From: Macrostomum lignano
Taxonomy: Eukaryota
Reading direction: 5' to 3'
Assembly: GCA_002269645.1 (NCBI GenBank)
Contig: NIVC01000240.1
Location: 1 to 64,000, forward strand
Length of the DNA: 64,000 nucleotides
Shown here: positions 51,251 to 62,627 of the stretch, piece by piece
How the letters are laid out: each line of letters starts with the position of its first letter
Position numbering within the stretch: position 1 is the first letter of the stretch
The notes under the pieces: generated by a model
The model's input: only the letters and a program-made list of their open reading frames with translations
The model's database searches: none
What the model was told of the DNA's origin: nothing
Made by a program: the position numbers and the translations under genes

Positions 51251-51508
51251 CTCACTGAGGCATTTATAACTGTGCCAAACGGCATAGCTGTGGCACAACT
51301 GGTACAATTGTGCAAAGTGTGCCAAAAAGGACATACAAAGACAATTATAACTCTGTCAAAGGGCATATTTGTGGAAGAACTCGCAGTGGAAGTGACACGA
51401 CCTACTGTTTTTCAAAGGACAAATCTTTTCGGTCGGGAGAATCGCCCTGACGCTGATAGAATCGCCCTGACACTGATGAAGCTACTCAAACTCTCAATTC
51501 GCTCCCAG

Positions 51509-51794
51509 GCACGAGCGCCGCAAACTCTCCAAAGAGGCTGACCGGCTGCGCGAGCGCCTCCAGGCCGGCTTATCCAACAGCCTGGGCCCGGTCCGCCTGT
51601 CCTGCATCGAGGTGCTGAACCAGCTGCCCAGGGCGGACGGTCGCCGGGCAGCCTGGGCTCGAGTCAGCTCCACCAACGCCGCTGCGGTGGCTCCACTGAG
51701 CAGATTAACCGCCAGCGACGATCGGGCCCACTATAGCAGCCTGCTGGCCCAGTCTGACCAGGCGCAAATTCCTAAGTTTCAGCGCAATTATCAG
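51509..51794 (+). CDS. SSX2IP: SSX2IP-like exon 2
   Basis: cccag|G HERRKLSKEADRLRERL...IEVLNQLPRADGRRAAW (cf. DILNYVGRADGKRGSW). The 3' donor CAG|GTTGTT is less certain. Confidence 0.78.
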
Positions 51795-51889
51795 GTTGTT
51801 AATTGGTGTATTAATAATGCTTTGCATGCCTTGCAAACCAATATAATACTCTGCTAGAAGCTGTAACAGTTTGAGTTAAATAGCACTAA

Positions 51890-52585
51890 AGAATCGCCCC
51901 TTAATCTCCGCTAAGAATCACCCCTAAATCTCCGTCAGCAATCGCCTCTAAATCCTGGCTAAGAATCGCCCCCAAATCTCCGCCAAGAATCGCCCCTAAA
52001 TCTCCGCCAAGAATCGCCCCTAAGAATCGCCCCTAAATCTCCACCAAGAATCGCCCCTAAATCTTCGCCAAGAATCGCCTCTAAATCCCGGCTAAGAATC
52101 GCCCCTAATCTCCGCCAAGAATCGTCCCTAAATCTCCACCAAGAATCGCCCCTAAATCTCCGCCAAGAATCGCCCCTAAATCTCCACCAAGAATCGCCCC
52201 TAAATCTCCGCCAAGAATCGCCCCTAAATCTCCACCAAGAATCGCCCCTAAATCTTCGCCAAGAATCGCCCCTAAATCTCCACCAAGAATCGCCCCTTAA
52301 TCTCCACCAAGAATCGCTCCTAAATCTCCGCCAAGAATCGCCCCTAAATCTCCACCAAGAATCACCCCTAAATCTCCACCAAGAATCGCTCCCTAATCTC
52401 CACCAAGAATCACCCCTAAATCTCCGCCAAGAATCGCCTCTAAATCTCCGCCAAGAATCGCCTCTAAATCTCCACCAAGAATCGCCCCTTAATCTCCACC
52501 AAGAATCGCTCCTTAATCTCCACCAAGAATCGCTCCTTAATCTCCACCAAGAATCGCTCCTTAATCTCCACCAATAATCGCCCTA
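51890..52585. repeat. 24-bp minisatellite filling SSX2IP intron 2
   Basis: Unit AAGAATCGCCCCTAAATCTCCGCC. Confidence 0.95.
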
Positions 52586-52666
52586 TTCGACTCTCATAGC
52601 TCGAAAATTCCTGTGCAGCTGCCCTGCTGTCGCCCCATCATAAATCAGTGTGCTTCACATTCGCAG

Positions 52667-53119
52667 GCTCAGTTGGAGTCGCGTCAAGCGGAGCTGGCAG
52701 CCGAGAACCAAGAGCTACGCGACTCTTTGTTCCGCGTGCACCGCCAACTGCGCGAGCTCCAACTGTTGTCGTTGGCCAGCGCCGAGCAGGACGAGAACGC
52801 CGAAGCCGATGCCAACGGGGATCCCGCCGACGAAGAGGAGCTGCACGAGAATCTGCTGAAGCTGCCCTACCAGCTGCTGAAGGACCGGCTGGACAGGCAG
52901 CTGAAAGCCGGCTGCGATCGCCTGCGGACTCGCCTTGGCCAGCCGGGCGCCAGGGGCCGCTCAGCCGACGGCGGGGGCGGTCCCGCGGCTGTTGCCGGCG
53001 CTGGAAGCTCCGCCTCCAACGGCGAGGATTCCGTGATGATGCAGGAGCAGATGCGACAGCTCAAGGAGCGGCTGAGCTCGTACGAAGAACTCATGCATCG
53101 ACAGGAACAGCTTATTAAG
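52667..53119 (+). CDS. SSX2IP: SSX2IP-like exon 3
   Basis: tcgcag|AQLESRQAELAAENQELRDSL...LPYQLLKDRL...QEQLIK|GTAGAT. Confidence 0.8.
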
Positions 53120-53209
53120 GTAGATTTTTTAATCATAAGTTCTGTTTTGAGTTATTGTATTGATGCTGGCAAAGTTAAACCATTCTTTACATAGCACACC
53201 ATTGGCCCC

Positions 53210-54437
53210 TTCTGTAGCTGCACTGCAACCCCATTCTGTAGCGGCACTGCAACCCCACTCTGTAGCGGCACTGCAACCCCACTCTAGCTGCACTGCAACC
53301 CCATTCTGTAGCTGCACTGCAACCCCATTCTGTAGCTGCACAGCAACCCCACTCTGTAGCTGCACTGCAACCCCATTCTGTAGCTGCACTGCAACCCCAT
53401 TCTGTAGCTGCACTGCAACCCCATTCTGTAGCGGCACTGCAACCCCACTCTGTAGCGGCACTGCAACCCCACTCTGTAGCGGCACTGCAACCCCACTCTG
53501 TAGCGGCACTGCAACCCCACTCTAGCTGCACTGCAACCCCATTCTGTAGCTGCACTGCAACCCCACTCTGTAGCTGCACTGCAACCCCATTCTGTAGCTG
53601 CACTGCAACCCCATTCTGTAGCTGCAATGCAACCCCACTCTGTAGCTGCACTGCAACCCCACTCTGTAGCGGCACTGCAACCCCATTCTGTAGCTGCACT
53701 GCAACCCCACTCTGTAGCTGCACTGCAACCACATTCGTAGCTGCACTGCAACCCCACTCTGTAGCTGCACTGCAACCCCATTCTGTAGCTGCACTGCAAC
53801 CCCATTCTGTAGCTGCAATGCAACCCCACTCTGTAGCTGCACTGCAACCCCACTCTGTAGCTGCACTGCAACCCCATTCTGTAGCTGCACTGCAACCCCA
53901 TTCTGTAGCGGCACTGCAACCCCATTCTGTAGCTGCACTGCAACCCCAATCTGTAGCTGCACTGCAACCCCACTCTGTAGCTGCACTGCAACCCCATTCG
54001 TAGCTGCACTGCAACCCCACTCTGTAGCTGCACTGCAACCCCATTCTGTAGCTGCACTGCAACCCCATTCTGTAGCTGCACTGCAACCCCATTCTGTAGC
54101 TGCACTGCAACCCCACTCTGTAGCTGCACTGCAACCCCATTCGTAGCTGCACTGCAACCCCATTCGTAGCTGCACTGCAACCCCATTCTGTAGCTGCACT
54201 GCAACCCCATTCGTAGCTGCACTGCAACCCCACTCTGTAGCTGCACTGCAACCCCATTCTGTAGCTGCACTGCAACCCCATTCTGTAGCTGCACTGCAAC
54301 CCCATTCTGTAGCTGCACTGCAACCCCACTCTGTAGCTGCACTGCAACCCCATTCTGTAGCTGCACTGCAACCCCACTCTGTAGCTGCACTGCAACCCCA
54401 TTCTGTAGCTGCACTGCAACCCCACTCTGTAGCTGCA
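53210..54437. repeat. 24-bp minisatellite after SSX2IP exon 3
   Basis: Unit CTGTAGCTGCACTGCAACCCCA(T/C)T. Confidence 0.95.
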
Positions 54438-54443
54438 AGGCAG

Positions 54444-54536
54444 GAATCAATTGATCAAATTTTCTCCAGTCTTGAACAACCCCGCACTCTTTCGAATTTC
54501 AGCGCAGTCTGGCCGCCTCATCCGGCACCTGAATGA
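54444..54536 (+). CDS. Tentative SSX2IP-like terminal exon
   Basis: gcag|ESIDQIFSSLEQPRTLSNFSAVWPPHPAPE* in phase 0 directly after the array. No homology recognised. Confidence 0.3.
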   Translation, partial: ESIDQIFSSLEQPRTLSNFSAVWPPHPAPE

Positions 54537-55617
54537 GTTCCAGCGTCACAGGATGATTGATAACATTAATATTTAATTAGGTAAAAATCTCGTCTATGTC
54601 TGCCTTTCCTCCATGTGCCAGTTGCTGCCCCTGCCCTGTCTCCGACTGAAGATTGGCCCGATGCCTAGATCTACTTACTTATAAGTAGTATAACTCTTTA
54701 AGTTGGCTGTGCAGGGCAAAACAGCCTTATAAATTAAGTGTATCAGTGTTGTATTCACTGTCAGTTGCTGTGATTTTTCGTATAACACTTTATTTTCTGC
54801 ACTCCCAGTGTACATAGATTGCACCTGAAACGATTATGCATCAATTGGTGCTTGAAAATTAAATGGAAATAATGAATGTTTACTGTATATTTTTGGTGCC
54901 ATTGTGCTTAATATGCTACTTATTTGGTCACAACTGTATGCCTGTTCAATCAATCAAACTGGATTCTTCCCTGTTCAGAAAACTGCAGGACATGACAGGG
55001 CCAGGACTGTGGGACTTTTTCTCTGCAGGTTGCGCGTCTTTCTTATCATATATTCCTTATTAATTATGCTAATTACAATTCACAAATTTGATTGAAATTC
55101 CAGTTTTGGTTTTTGTTTCTCAACTTCTAGCCCTATCTATATTGCACCAGCGTCTTCCTCGACTGCACCTTTGGCTCTTACATATATTTTGTTACTAAGT
55201 ATTGCTATTAATGAACAATATATCTGTACCTTAGTTGCTGATTTTAGACATTCCCTCCACCGCCTTGCGCGCTGTTTTTTTTGTACCCGCTACTGCTTTC
55301 AGTAGTGTGTTCCGCATTCAAGTTCGCAGTTTAATATTTGCTCATTCGCCGCTGGGCACTTATTGTTTTATTTTTTTTTCGATTTCGTTAATATTGACTT
55401 GATCATTCTTTATTAATATCGCTTTTGACGATCTAAAAGAGACTACCGCAAGGGAAAATTACGGAGAGGGAATAATAGACATAGTCAATAACAGATCATT
55501 GATTGATTAGGAATTGTTGCTATATGCATCCGCTTATAGGATCACCACCGAGTTTTTAAATAAATCGGTTAGTTTCCACTCATACCCATCCCAGTTTTAT
55601 TTTCCATTGTTAATCTA

Positions 55618-56083
55618 TGGCTTATACTGGCGTTTAGGTATAGTTTATGGCACATACTGGCCTATAGTCTATACAGCTTATACTGGCGTATAGTGTACGG
55701 CTTATACTGGCATATAGTCTATAGCTTATACTGGCGTGTAGTGTACGGCTTATACTGGCATAGTCTATAGCTTATACTGGCATATAGTCTATAGCTTATA
55801 CTGGCATATAGTCTATGGCTTATACTGGCATATAGTCTATGGCTTATACTGGCATATAGTCTATGGCTTATACTGGCATATAGTCTATGGCTTATACTGG
55901 CATATAGTCTATAGCTTATACTGGCATATAGTCTATGGCTTATACTGGCATATAGTCTATGGCTTATACTGGCATATAGTCTATAGCTTATACTGGCATA
56001 TAGTCTATGGCTTATACTGGCATATAGTCTATGGCTTATACTGGCATATAGTCTATGGCTTATACTGGCATATAGTCTATGGC
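55618..56083. repeat. 24-bp minisatellite
   Basis: Unit GGCTTATACTGGCATATAGTCTAT. Confidence 0.95.
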
Positions 56084-56679
56084 TTTTCTTAACATCGCTC
56101 GTGAGTCGTGCTGGTTGATATGGGAACCGTCTGGAGTCTCATTTTGTTTGATTAAAGTCTCGTTTTGTTCGTCAAAAACAAAACCATATATCATTAGTCT
56201 ATTCCCTAATTAGCTAAGTAAATTTCAAGTGTATATGCTTAATTTTTACTACACACAAAAATGCACTGGCGGCTCAGGTGGCGTTCTGAATAAGATTGTT
56301 TCATTTCAAATAGACACAGGTTTTTGTCCAGAGAATTGCTCGAATAATTAACTTTATTGAACCTCTAATTGAGCTGTGCTGCTTGAGTCAATCTTTTATA
56401 TTTTTAACGGCAGAACTGGAAAAATTAGCTTTTGTTGATCAGAATAAGCCTCGGGGAAATTGGGACGGCTAATTTAATTAAAAAATCAGAGAAAAGGCTT
56501 TATGAGAGAGTACCTAAGTTATCGTCTCCTTTATGTGTTAGTGTGTGTTTGCAGAGTAGTGAGGCTGCAATGTTCTGAGGGATTAGCAGAAAATTATTTT
56601 AAGGACAACAGCAATAACATACTCAAAAGTTGTGCAAGTTGTAGCATAATTTTTCTAAAATAGACCAGTCCTGATACTG

Positions 56680-57217
56680 CAAGAATCGCTCTGGCACTGA
56701 TGGAATCTTTCTGACACTGATTGAATCCCCTTGCCACTGATAAAATCGCCCTGACACTGACAGAATCGCCCTGACACTGCAAGAATCGCCCTGGCACTGC
56801 AAGAATCACCCTGATACTGCAAGAATCGCCCTGACACTGATGGAATCGCCCTGACACTGATAGAATCGCCCCGACACTGACAGAATCGCTCTGACACTGA
56901 CAGAATCGCCCTGACACTGATGGAATCGCCCTGACACTGACAGAATCGCCCTGACACTGATAGAATCGCCCTGACACTGATGGAATCGCCCTGACACTGA
57001 TAGAATCGCCCTGACACTGACAGAATCGCCCTGACACTGATAGAATCGCTCTGACAATGACAGAATCGCCCTGACACTGACAGAATCGCCCTGACACTGG
57101 TAGAATCGCTCTGACACTGACAGAATCGCCCTGACACTGATAGAATCGCCCTGAAACACTGATAGAATCGCCCTGACACTGATGGAATCTCCCTGACACT
57201 GATACAATCGCCCTGGC
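56680..57217. repeat. 20-bp minisatellite
   Basis: Unit GAATCGCCCTGACACTGA(T/C)A. Confidence 0.95.
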
Positions 57218-57525
57218 ACACTGACGGATGGTTGTTTTAGGTAAAGGGTTTGGGTTAGGTCGGGTTATGTTTTAGTTCAGGGCTTAGGCTAAGGCTAGAA
57301 TTAGGATTTAGGGTCTACAGTCAAATTGCCACTATACTGAAAGTAACATACGCGCAAGTATGCTGAATGGATACAGCTGTTAAGTCTGTAAGTATTGTAC
57401 GAGCGATGGCTCTAAGACTTTACTGCTACCAGCCTGTCAGCTCCACAGGTACAACCAGAGGTATAATATAAGAAAATCAGAAGCCTAACAAACTGATTGA
57501 TAGGTCTGCAGCAATCGTTTCTGGC

Positions 57526-58020
57526 TCATTTCTTATTGTCAAAGAACCGATCGATGGCCTCCTTGGCCTCCCGCACGCTGCCGTACTCCACCACGGTGAC
57601 CGGAGCGCCGCGAATCATACGGGACAGGTTGTCCGGCGGCGCGAAGTCATCGCCGTTGAAGACGCGGTACAGGCAGAGGACGGGGATGCCACTGGCGATG
57701 GCCATGCCGATCTCCATGCCGACTCCGTGCGACAACCGGCTGACCTCCGCCACCACGTGACTGCTTTTCAGCACCCCGTCTGTGACGGAGTAGGTGTACA
57801 CATCGTTCGGCTTGTTGTCTCCCTCGCTCGTCTTTTTCAAAACATCATCCCAGAGATCTGGGTTGGTCACCTCGCCTTTGGTCTTGATATGCTCGTAGAG
57901 TTCCGTGCGCCACATGTCCTTCTCTGGCCTGATACCACCCTTGCCAGCCTCCAAATGCTGGATGGTGGCCGACACAGCCGCGGCAAAGTAGATCTTGTTG
58001 GTGCCAGCAGCGCTTGCCAT
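57526..58020 (-). CDS. DNPH1/Rcl-like nucleoside 2-deoxyribosyltransferase-fold protein, copy 1 (164 aa, intronless)
   Basis: VVAEVSRLSHGVGMEIGMAIASGIPVLCLYR and LSRMIRGA match DNPH1 VVAEVTQPSLGVGYELGRA...ILCLFR and LSAMIRGA. Confidence 0.85.
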   Translation of the reverse strand: MASAAGTNKIYFAAAVSATIQHLEAGKGGIRPEKDMWRTELYEHIKTKGEVTNPDLWDDVLKKTSEGDNKPNDVYTYSVTDGVLKSSHVVAEVSRLSHGVGMEIGMAIASGIPVLCLYRVFNGDDFAPPDNLSRMIRGAPVTVVEYGSVREAKEAIDRFFDNKK

Positions 58021-58191
58021 GTATTTTCTCCGCCTATCGGTCGTCCGTACGGTTATCTGACTCGTGAGTTGACATTTTATCACAGTTTTACGACAGTTAT
58101 AAGATAAGGGGAAGCTATAATTAGTTTTCTAGACCTGTAAAGTGATTAGTACCGGTATGTATGTATTTTCCGCCAATGTAGCTTTATAGAG

Positions 58192-58461
58192 CTGGGGTTG
58201 GCAAACTGCGGCCCACCAAGCCTCTCTCCCGGCTCTTGGTACTTCTAAAATTTCACAATAGCAATCTGGCCTGCTCAAGGTTTGTGTCTTCTCAGCTCTC
58301 TTCTCTCTAATCTCCTCTCTGTTCTCTCCTCTATTCTACGTCGTAGCTTCTCTTCTCTCCCTTTTCTCCTCTCCTCTCTCCCCTCCTCTGGCCCCGCAGT
58401 ACCTCATGCGCTACATTAGATTCTTCATCTGGCCTTTGTAGAAAAAGTTTGCCAACCCCCA
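58192..58461. mobile_element. hAT-type MITE
   Basis: TIR GGGGTTGGCAAACT / AGTTTGCCAACCCC and 8-bp TSD TTATAGAG (58184-58191 / 58462-58469). Confidence 0.85.
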
Positions 58462-59574
58462 TTATAGAGTTTAGCGCACCTAGAAGCTTGTATAAGCATG
58501 CAATATGTAGATTCATAATATTGTAACATTGCATCATGGACAAATGCAGGCAGTAGGACGCTACACGTCTCTATTTTCTTAGAAATGAGATGGACTCTGG
58601 CGATGAAGGTCGTATTTTTCGTATCGCTAGTGCATTTAGTGTGCTCTAGAGGACGCATAGCGCTGAATGGGGTTTCGCCAGAGACAAATTCAGTTGAGAA
58701 AGATCTGATTTCTCGAGAGAATAACTAGCTGCACTAACGATACGATAGATGTAGCGTTTCTAAGAAACTCGAGCGTAGCGTCCTACTTCAGCTGTCCACG
58801 AGATGCATGCATTGAACTATAGATAGCAAAAAATGCACTTACATTTTCCGTTCTAATTATTTATAGTTTAAGCCACGAATCTGCAGATCTGTGTAACGAA
58901 GAAGTAACCTGCATACACCTTGTAGCTAAATACGCGTCTAGTAGTGCCAGCAGAATCGCATGCAATAAATGCACAGGTTTTGTTTATAGCTATTGCAATA
59001 ACCACACGTATTTTTTAAAACACAGCTTAAATCCTGCTTTACGCCTTGCATGTACACTGCGGCTGCAATGCATGGACGGTGCTTTGCAGAGATTACGAGT
59101 AAAGCTTTCAACCAAAATCTGATAATAGCTCCGCGTTGTTAGCGTTTGGTGAAGTTTGTAGCTGGTGAATTGCCTTTGCAGCACTGTTACTGGGCACTTT
59201 ATGACTTATGAGTACTATAACAAACTACGTTTTGTGTCTCAGAAGCAGTGCCACTTTTGCGTTTAAAACTGATTCTAATGGAACACTTAACTGGGAAGCG
59301 CAACATTATGAAGCGGCACAATCTAGAAACATACTGACCTTAGAATTTTGAAAATCGAACAAATACATCCAGGTACGCTCGTATTTGGAGGTGCAAATTC
59401 ACCTTGTTGTAGAATACGATCTGCACTTTATCCGATGGCAGTCGATTTAACTCAATTGCCAGAACCCTAAACTCTAACCCCCTGTATCATAATATTTATA
59501 CAATCTTGTCAATGCGCTCGTGGTCCAGATACACAAATTACTCAACGGTGTCTTCGACGATGCAGTGGAACAAT

Positions 59575-60069
59575 TCATTGCTCAAAGAACCGATCGACGG
59601 CCTCCTTGGCCTCCCGCACGCTGCCGTACTCCACCACGGTGACCGGAGCGCCTCGAATCATCCGAGTCAGGTTGTCCGGCGGCGCGAAGTCATCGCCGTT
59701 GAAGTCGCGGTACAGGCAGAGGACGGGGATGCCATTGGCGATGGCCACGCCGATCTCCATGCCGACTCCGTGCGACAACCGGCTGACCTCCGCCACCACG
59801 TAACTGCTTTTCAGCACCCCGTCTGTGACGGACATCTTGTACACGGCCTCCGGTGTGAGGTCCACTTTGCTAACATTCTTCATCACATCCTCCCAGACTT
59901 CAGCATTGGTCACCTCGCCTTTGGTCTTGATATGCCGGTACAGGTCCGTGCGCCACATGTCCTTCTCCGGAGCGATGCCCCGCCTGCCAGCCTCCAAATG
60001 CTGGATGGTGGCCGACACAGCCGCTGAGAAGAGTATCGTTCGTTTGTTCGGCTCGGTAGAGGTGAACAT
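59575..60069 (-). CDS. DNPH1/Rcl-like protein, copy 2 (164 aa, intronless)
   Basis: Paralog of 57526-58020 with a near-identical C-terminal half. Confidence 0.85.
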   Translation of the reverse strand: MFTSTEPNKRTILFSAAVSATIQHLEAGRRGIAPEKDMWRTDLYRHIKTKGEVTNAEVWEDVMKNVSKVDLTPEAVYKMSVTDGVLKSSYVVAEVSRLSHGVGMEIGVAIANGIPVLCLYRDFNGDDFAPPDNLTRMIRGAPVTVVEYGSVREAKEAVDRFFEQ

Positions 60070-60484
60070 TTTTGTTAATAGCCATGCAAGTTGTATCGAG
60101 TAAAGTCGGTGTTTTTATACGGCTGCTTTTTTCTCTTAAATGCCGGGCTCATCTTGTTGCTACAAGCTTAAGTAACCACCCCATTTTAGCGACGCTCGTA
60201 GCTTCAAATATGCCCATGGTTTCTAACCATTAGTTTGTGCTCTTTGCATCTAAACGTTCTAGCCACAAACAAAAGACAAAAAACACCGGTGGGAGCGAGA
60301 GCCGCGAATGACTGGCACTATATTTATACTCAGCAACAGTCAAAAGTTCCACCCCACTACGCGAGATGATTTTTTCACTTATTGCGAGTGACGCAACCTA
60401 CGGCACGCGCAAAGCTTATTGCCGCTTGGGGGTGGCTTGGGTCTGCTTAATGGTCCAGGCCTGGACATTAAGCAGACCCAAGCC

Positions 60485-60810
60485 CAGGAACAACGCCCCG
60501 CCACACCAAGCCGATGCTGTTAGTCAACTGAAGGAACAGCTACAGCTGCGCACTCTGCGCTGGCCTTCCCGGTCCCCAGACATGAATCCCATCGAGCATG
60601 TCTGGGACTTCCTAAAACGTAGCATTCGAAAAGAGAATCCACCATAGAATGTTGCGGAGAGCTCTGCGTCATGCCATTGAAAACGCTTCGGAGCGGCTTC
60701 CCCAGGACTTTCTGCGCCGCCTCATCTTTGGGTTGCCCCGCAGAGTCGTCGCACTTCTGCGTGCGAGGGGATCCCACACGCATCGCGATTCTAACTGAAT
60801 ATTGCATAAA
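60485..60810 (+). mobile_element. Tc1-like transposase C-terminal fragment
   Basis: NNAPPH...WPSRSPDMNPIEHVWDFLKR...LPRRVVALLRARG, with stop/frameshift. Confidence 0.85.
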
Positions 60811-61255
60811 AAATTTATGATTTTACTACGAGTATTGATAGTCAATCAACTTTCCCTTCCTCGCGGCGGCTTAGTTGCGTAACTTGAGGGTTGAATTGTG
60901 AGTGTGAAGTTTTTCGCAATTTGGAGGGTGGAACTTTGACTGTTGCTGAGTATAGCATGGTACAATATACTGTTAGCCAACCGGACCAAAAGGAGCAAAG
61001 AGCTGAGGACGCAGGGGTGGCGGCGAAAAAGCGGCCGAAACGAGCCCAGCGAGAGAGAGTGTATTTTATGCGAAATAGAAGGGGTACAAGCAAAGGGGTA
61101 AAAGCAGAGGGATAAAAGCAGGGGTGTAAAAGGTAAGCACACAAGAAAAAAATTTCAGCCATGCACGCCAACGCTGAGGGGCAGAATACGCGAATAAAAC
61201 GGCCAGCGCGACCCCAACCCAACCACCTCACACCACACACAACGTACATCTCAAC

Positions 61256-61575
61256 GAGGGGGTTTCACAAACTCGAAATTTCACAACGCCGGAAGCACCT
61301 TCTTTCACAAGATCAAAATTTCACAAGGTCGGAATTTCACAGCATCGAAAACTTCAGCAAGAGACTTCATAAGGTCGAAATTTCACAAGATCGAAATTTC
61401 ACAACGTAGAAAACTACTGCATAGTTCGTTATATTAAGTTTTCGACGTTGTGAAATTTCGAGTTTATGAAGTTTCGACATTGTAAAAGTGGCTGCTATTC
61501 AAGTTTTCGACGTTGTGAAATTTCGACGTTGTGAAATTTCGACGTTGTGAAATTTCGACCTTGTGAAAGCACCCC
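61256..61575. mobile_element. 320-bp foldback MITE with internal inverted 16-bp repeats
   Basis: Imperfect 15-bp TIRs (G.GG.G.TTTCACAA), arms of TTTCACAACGTCGAAA units facing each other, 8-bp TSD ATCTCAAC (61248-61255 / 61576-61583). Confidence 0.85.
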
Positions 61576-61902
61576 ATCTCAACCCTACCCCCACCCAGCC
61601 GGCAAAGGCACAGGCTCTGCGGTCAGCTAAAACCGATTACAGAGCCAGTAAAAACCGGCCCTGAAATTATGAAATTAATGACATTGGTGACTTTAGGTTA
61701 GATATGAAGAGCCACAGACATAAATTTAAGTCTCTACTATACAAAATTAATTGCAATACTTATGCCGCTTTTGTTCTCAAACTATATATATTGTAGATTA
61801 TGCAAGTAGTTCATACAAATTCAAACAGATGAATAATAGATTAGATACTCGTAGCAATTAAAAACAGCGCTTGATTTCTTCCTGCTTCAAATTTAGCAAC
61901 AC

Positions 61903-61907
61903 ATGTC

Positions 61908-61943
<36 letters not shown>

Positions 61944-62216
61944 CGTCATCGAGTCAAACTACTTCGACCACTGGTGCCGAGAGGTCAGCCGTCAACCGTA
62001 TCGACAGTTCCTGCGCCACCGGCCCCACTATCGGCGCCTGCGCGCAGAGTATCGCGAGACGGTGACGCCGCCGCAGGCGCCGCTGTTGAAGCACAAGCCA
62101 CCGGATCGGCTGGGCAGCGTGACGCTGCTGCTGGATCTCGAGGGGACTCTGCTGACCAGTAAACGGCTGACAGAGTCTGGCGGTGACGACTGGACTGGCT
62201 GGGAGGCAATGCAAAA
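61903..62216 (+). CDS. SCP/FCP1 (NIF-domain) HAD phosphatase-like protein, exon 1
   Basis: Poly-Q start, PLL...TLLLDLEGTL (cf. LVLDLDETL). Donor AA|GTGCGT. Confidence 0.78.
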
Positions 62217-62296
62217 GTGCGTTCTGTTTGTCTTGCTGGGATGGGCGTAGCCAGGGAGGCAGGGAGGAGCCGTGCCCTCCGAATAGGCTCGCAAAA

Positions 62297-62627
62297 TGGT
62301 GCTGGCGGCCTTTGGTGCTGGCGGCCCTTGGTGCTGGCGGCCCTTGGTGCTGGCGCCTCTTGGTGCTGGCGCCTCTTGGTGCTGGCGGCCCTTGGTGCTG
62401 GCGCCTCTTGGTGCTGGCGCCTCTTGGTGCTGGCGGCCCTTGGTGCTGGCGCCTCTTGGTGCTGGCGCCTCTTGGTGCTGGCGCCCCTTGGTGCTGGCGC
62501 CTCTTGGTGCTGGCGCCTCTTGGTGCTGGCGCCTCTTGGTGCTGGCGCCTCTTGGTGCTGGCGCCTCTTGGTGCTGGCGCCCCTTGGTGCTGGCGCCTCT
62601 TGGTGCTGGCGCCCCTTGGTGCTGGCT
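62297..62627. repeat. 16-bp minisatellite in phosphatase intron 1
   Basis: Unit GGTGCTGGCGCCTCTT. Confidence 0.95.

Noticed and set aside
53129-57221. ORFs 53187-54425, 53284-54450 and 56594-57221
   Set aside because: Stop-free repeat artefacts of the 24-bp and 20-bp arrays.
57235-57315. Interstitial telomere
   Set aside because: Short and highly degenerate TTAGGG-like sequence, with no run of perfect units.
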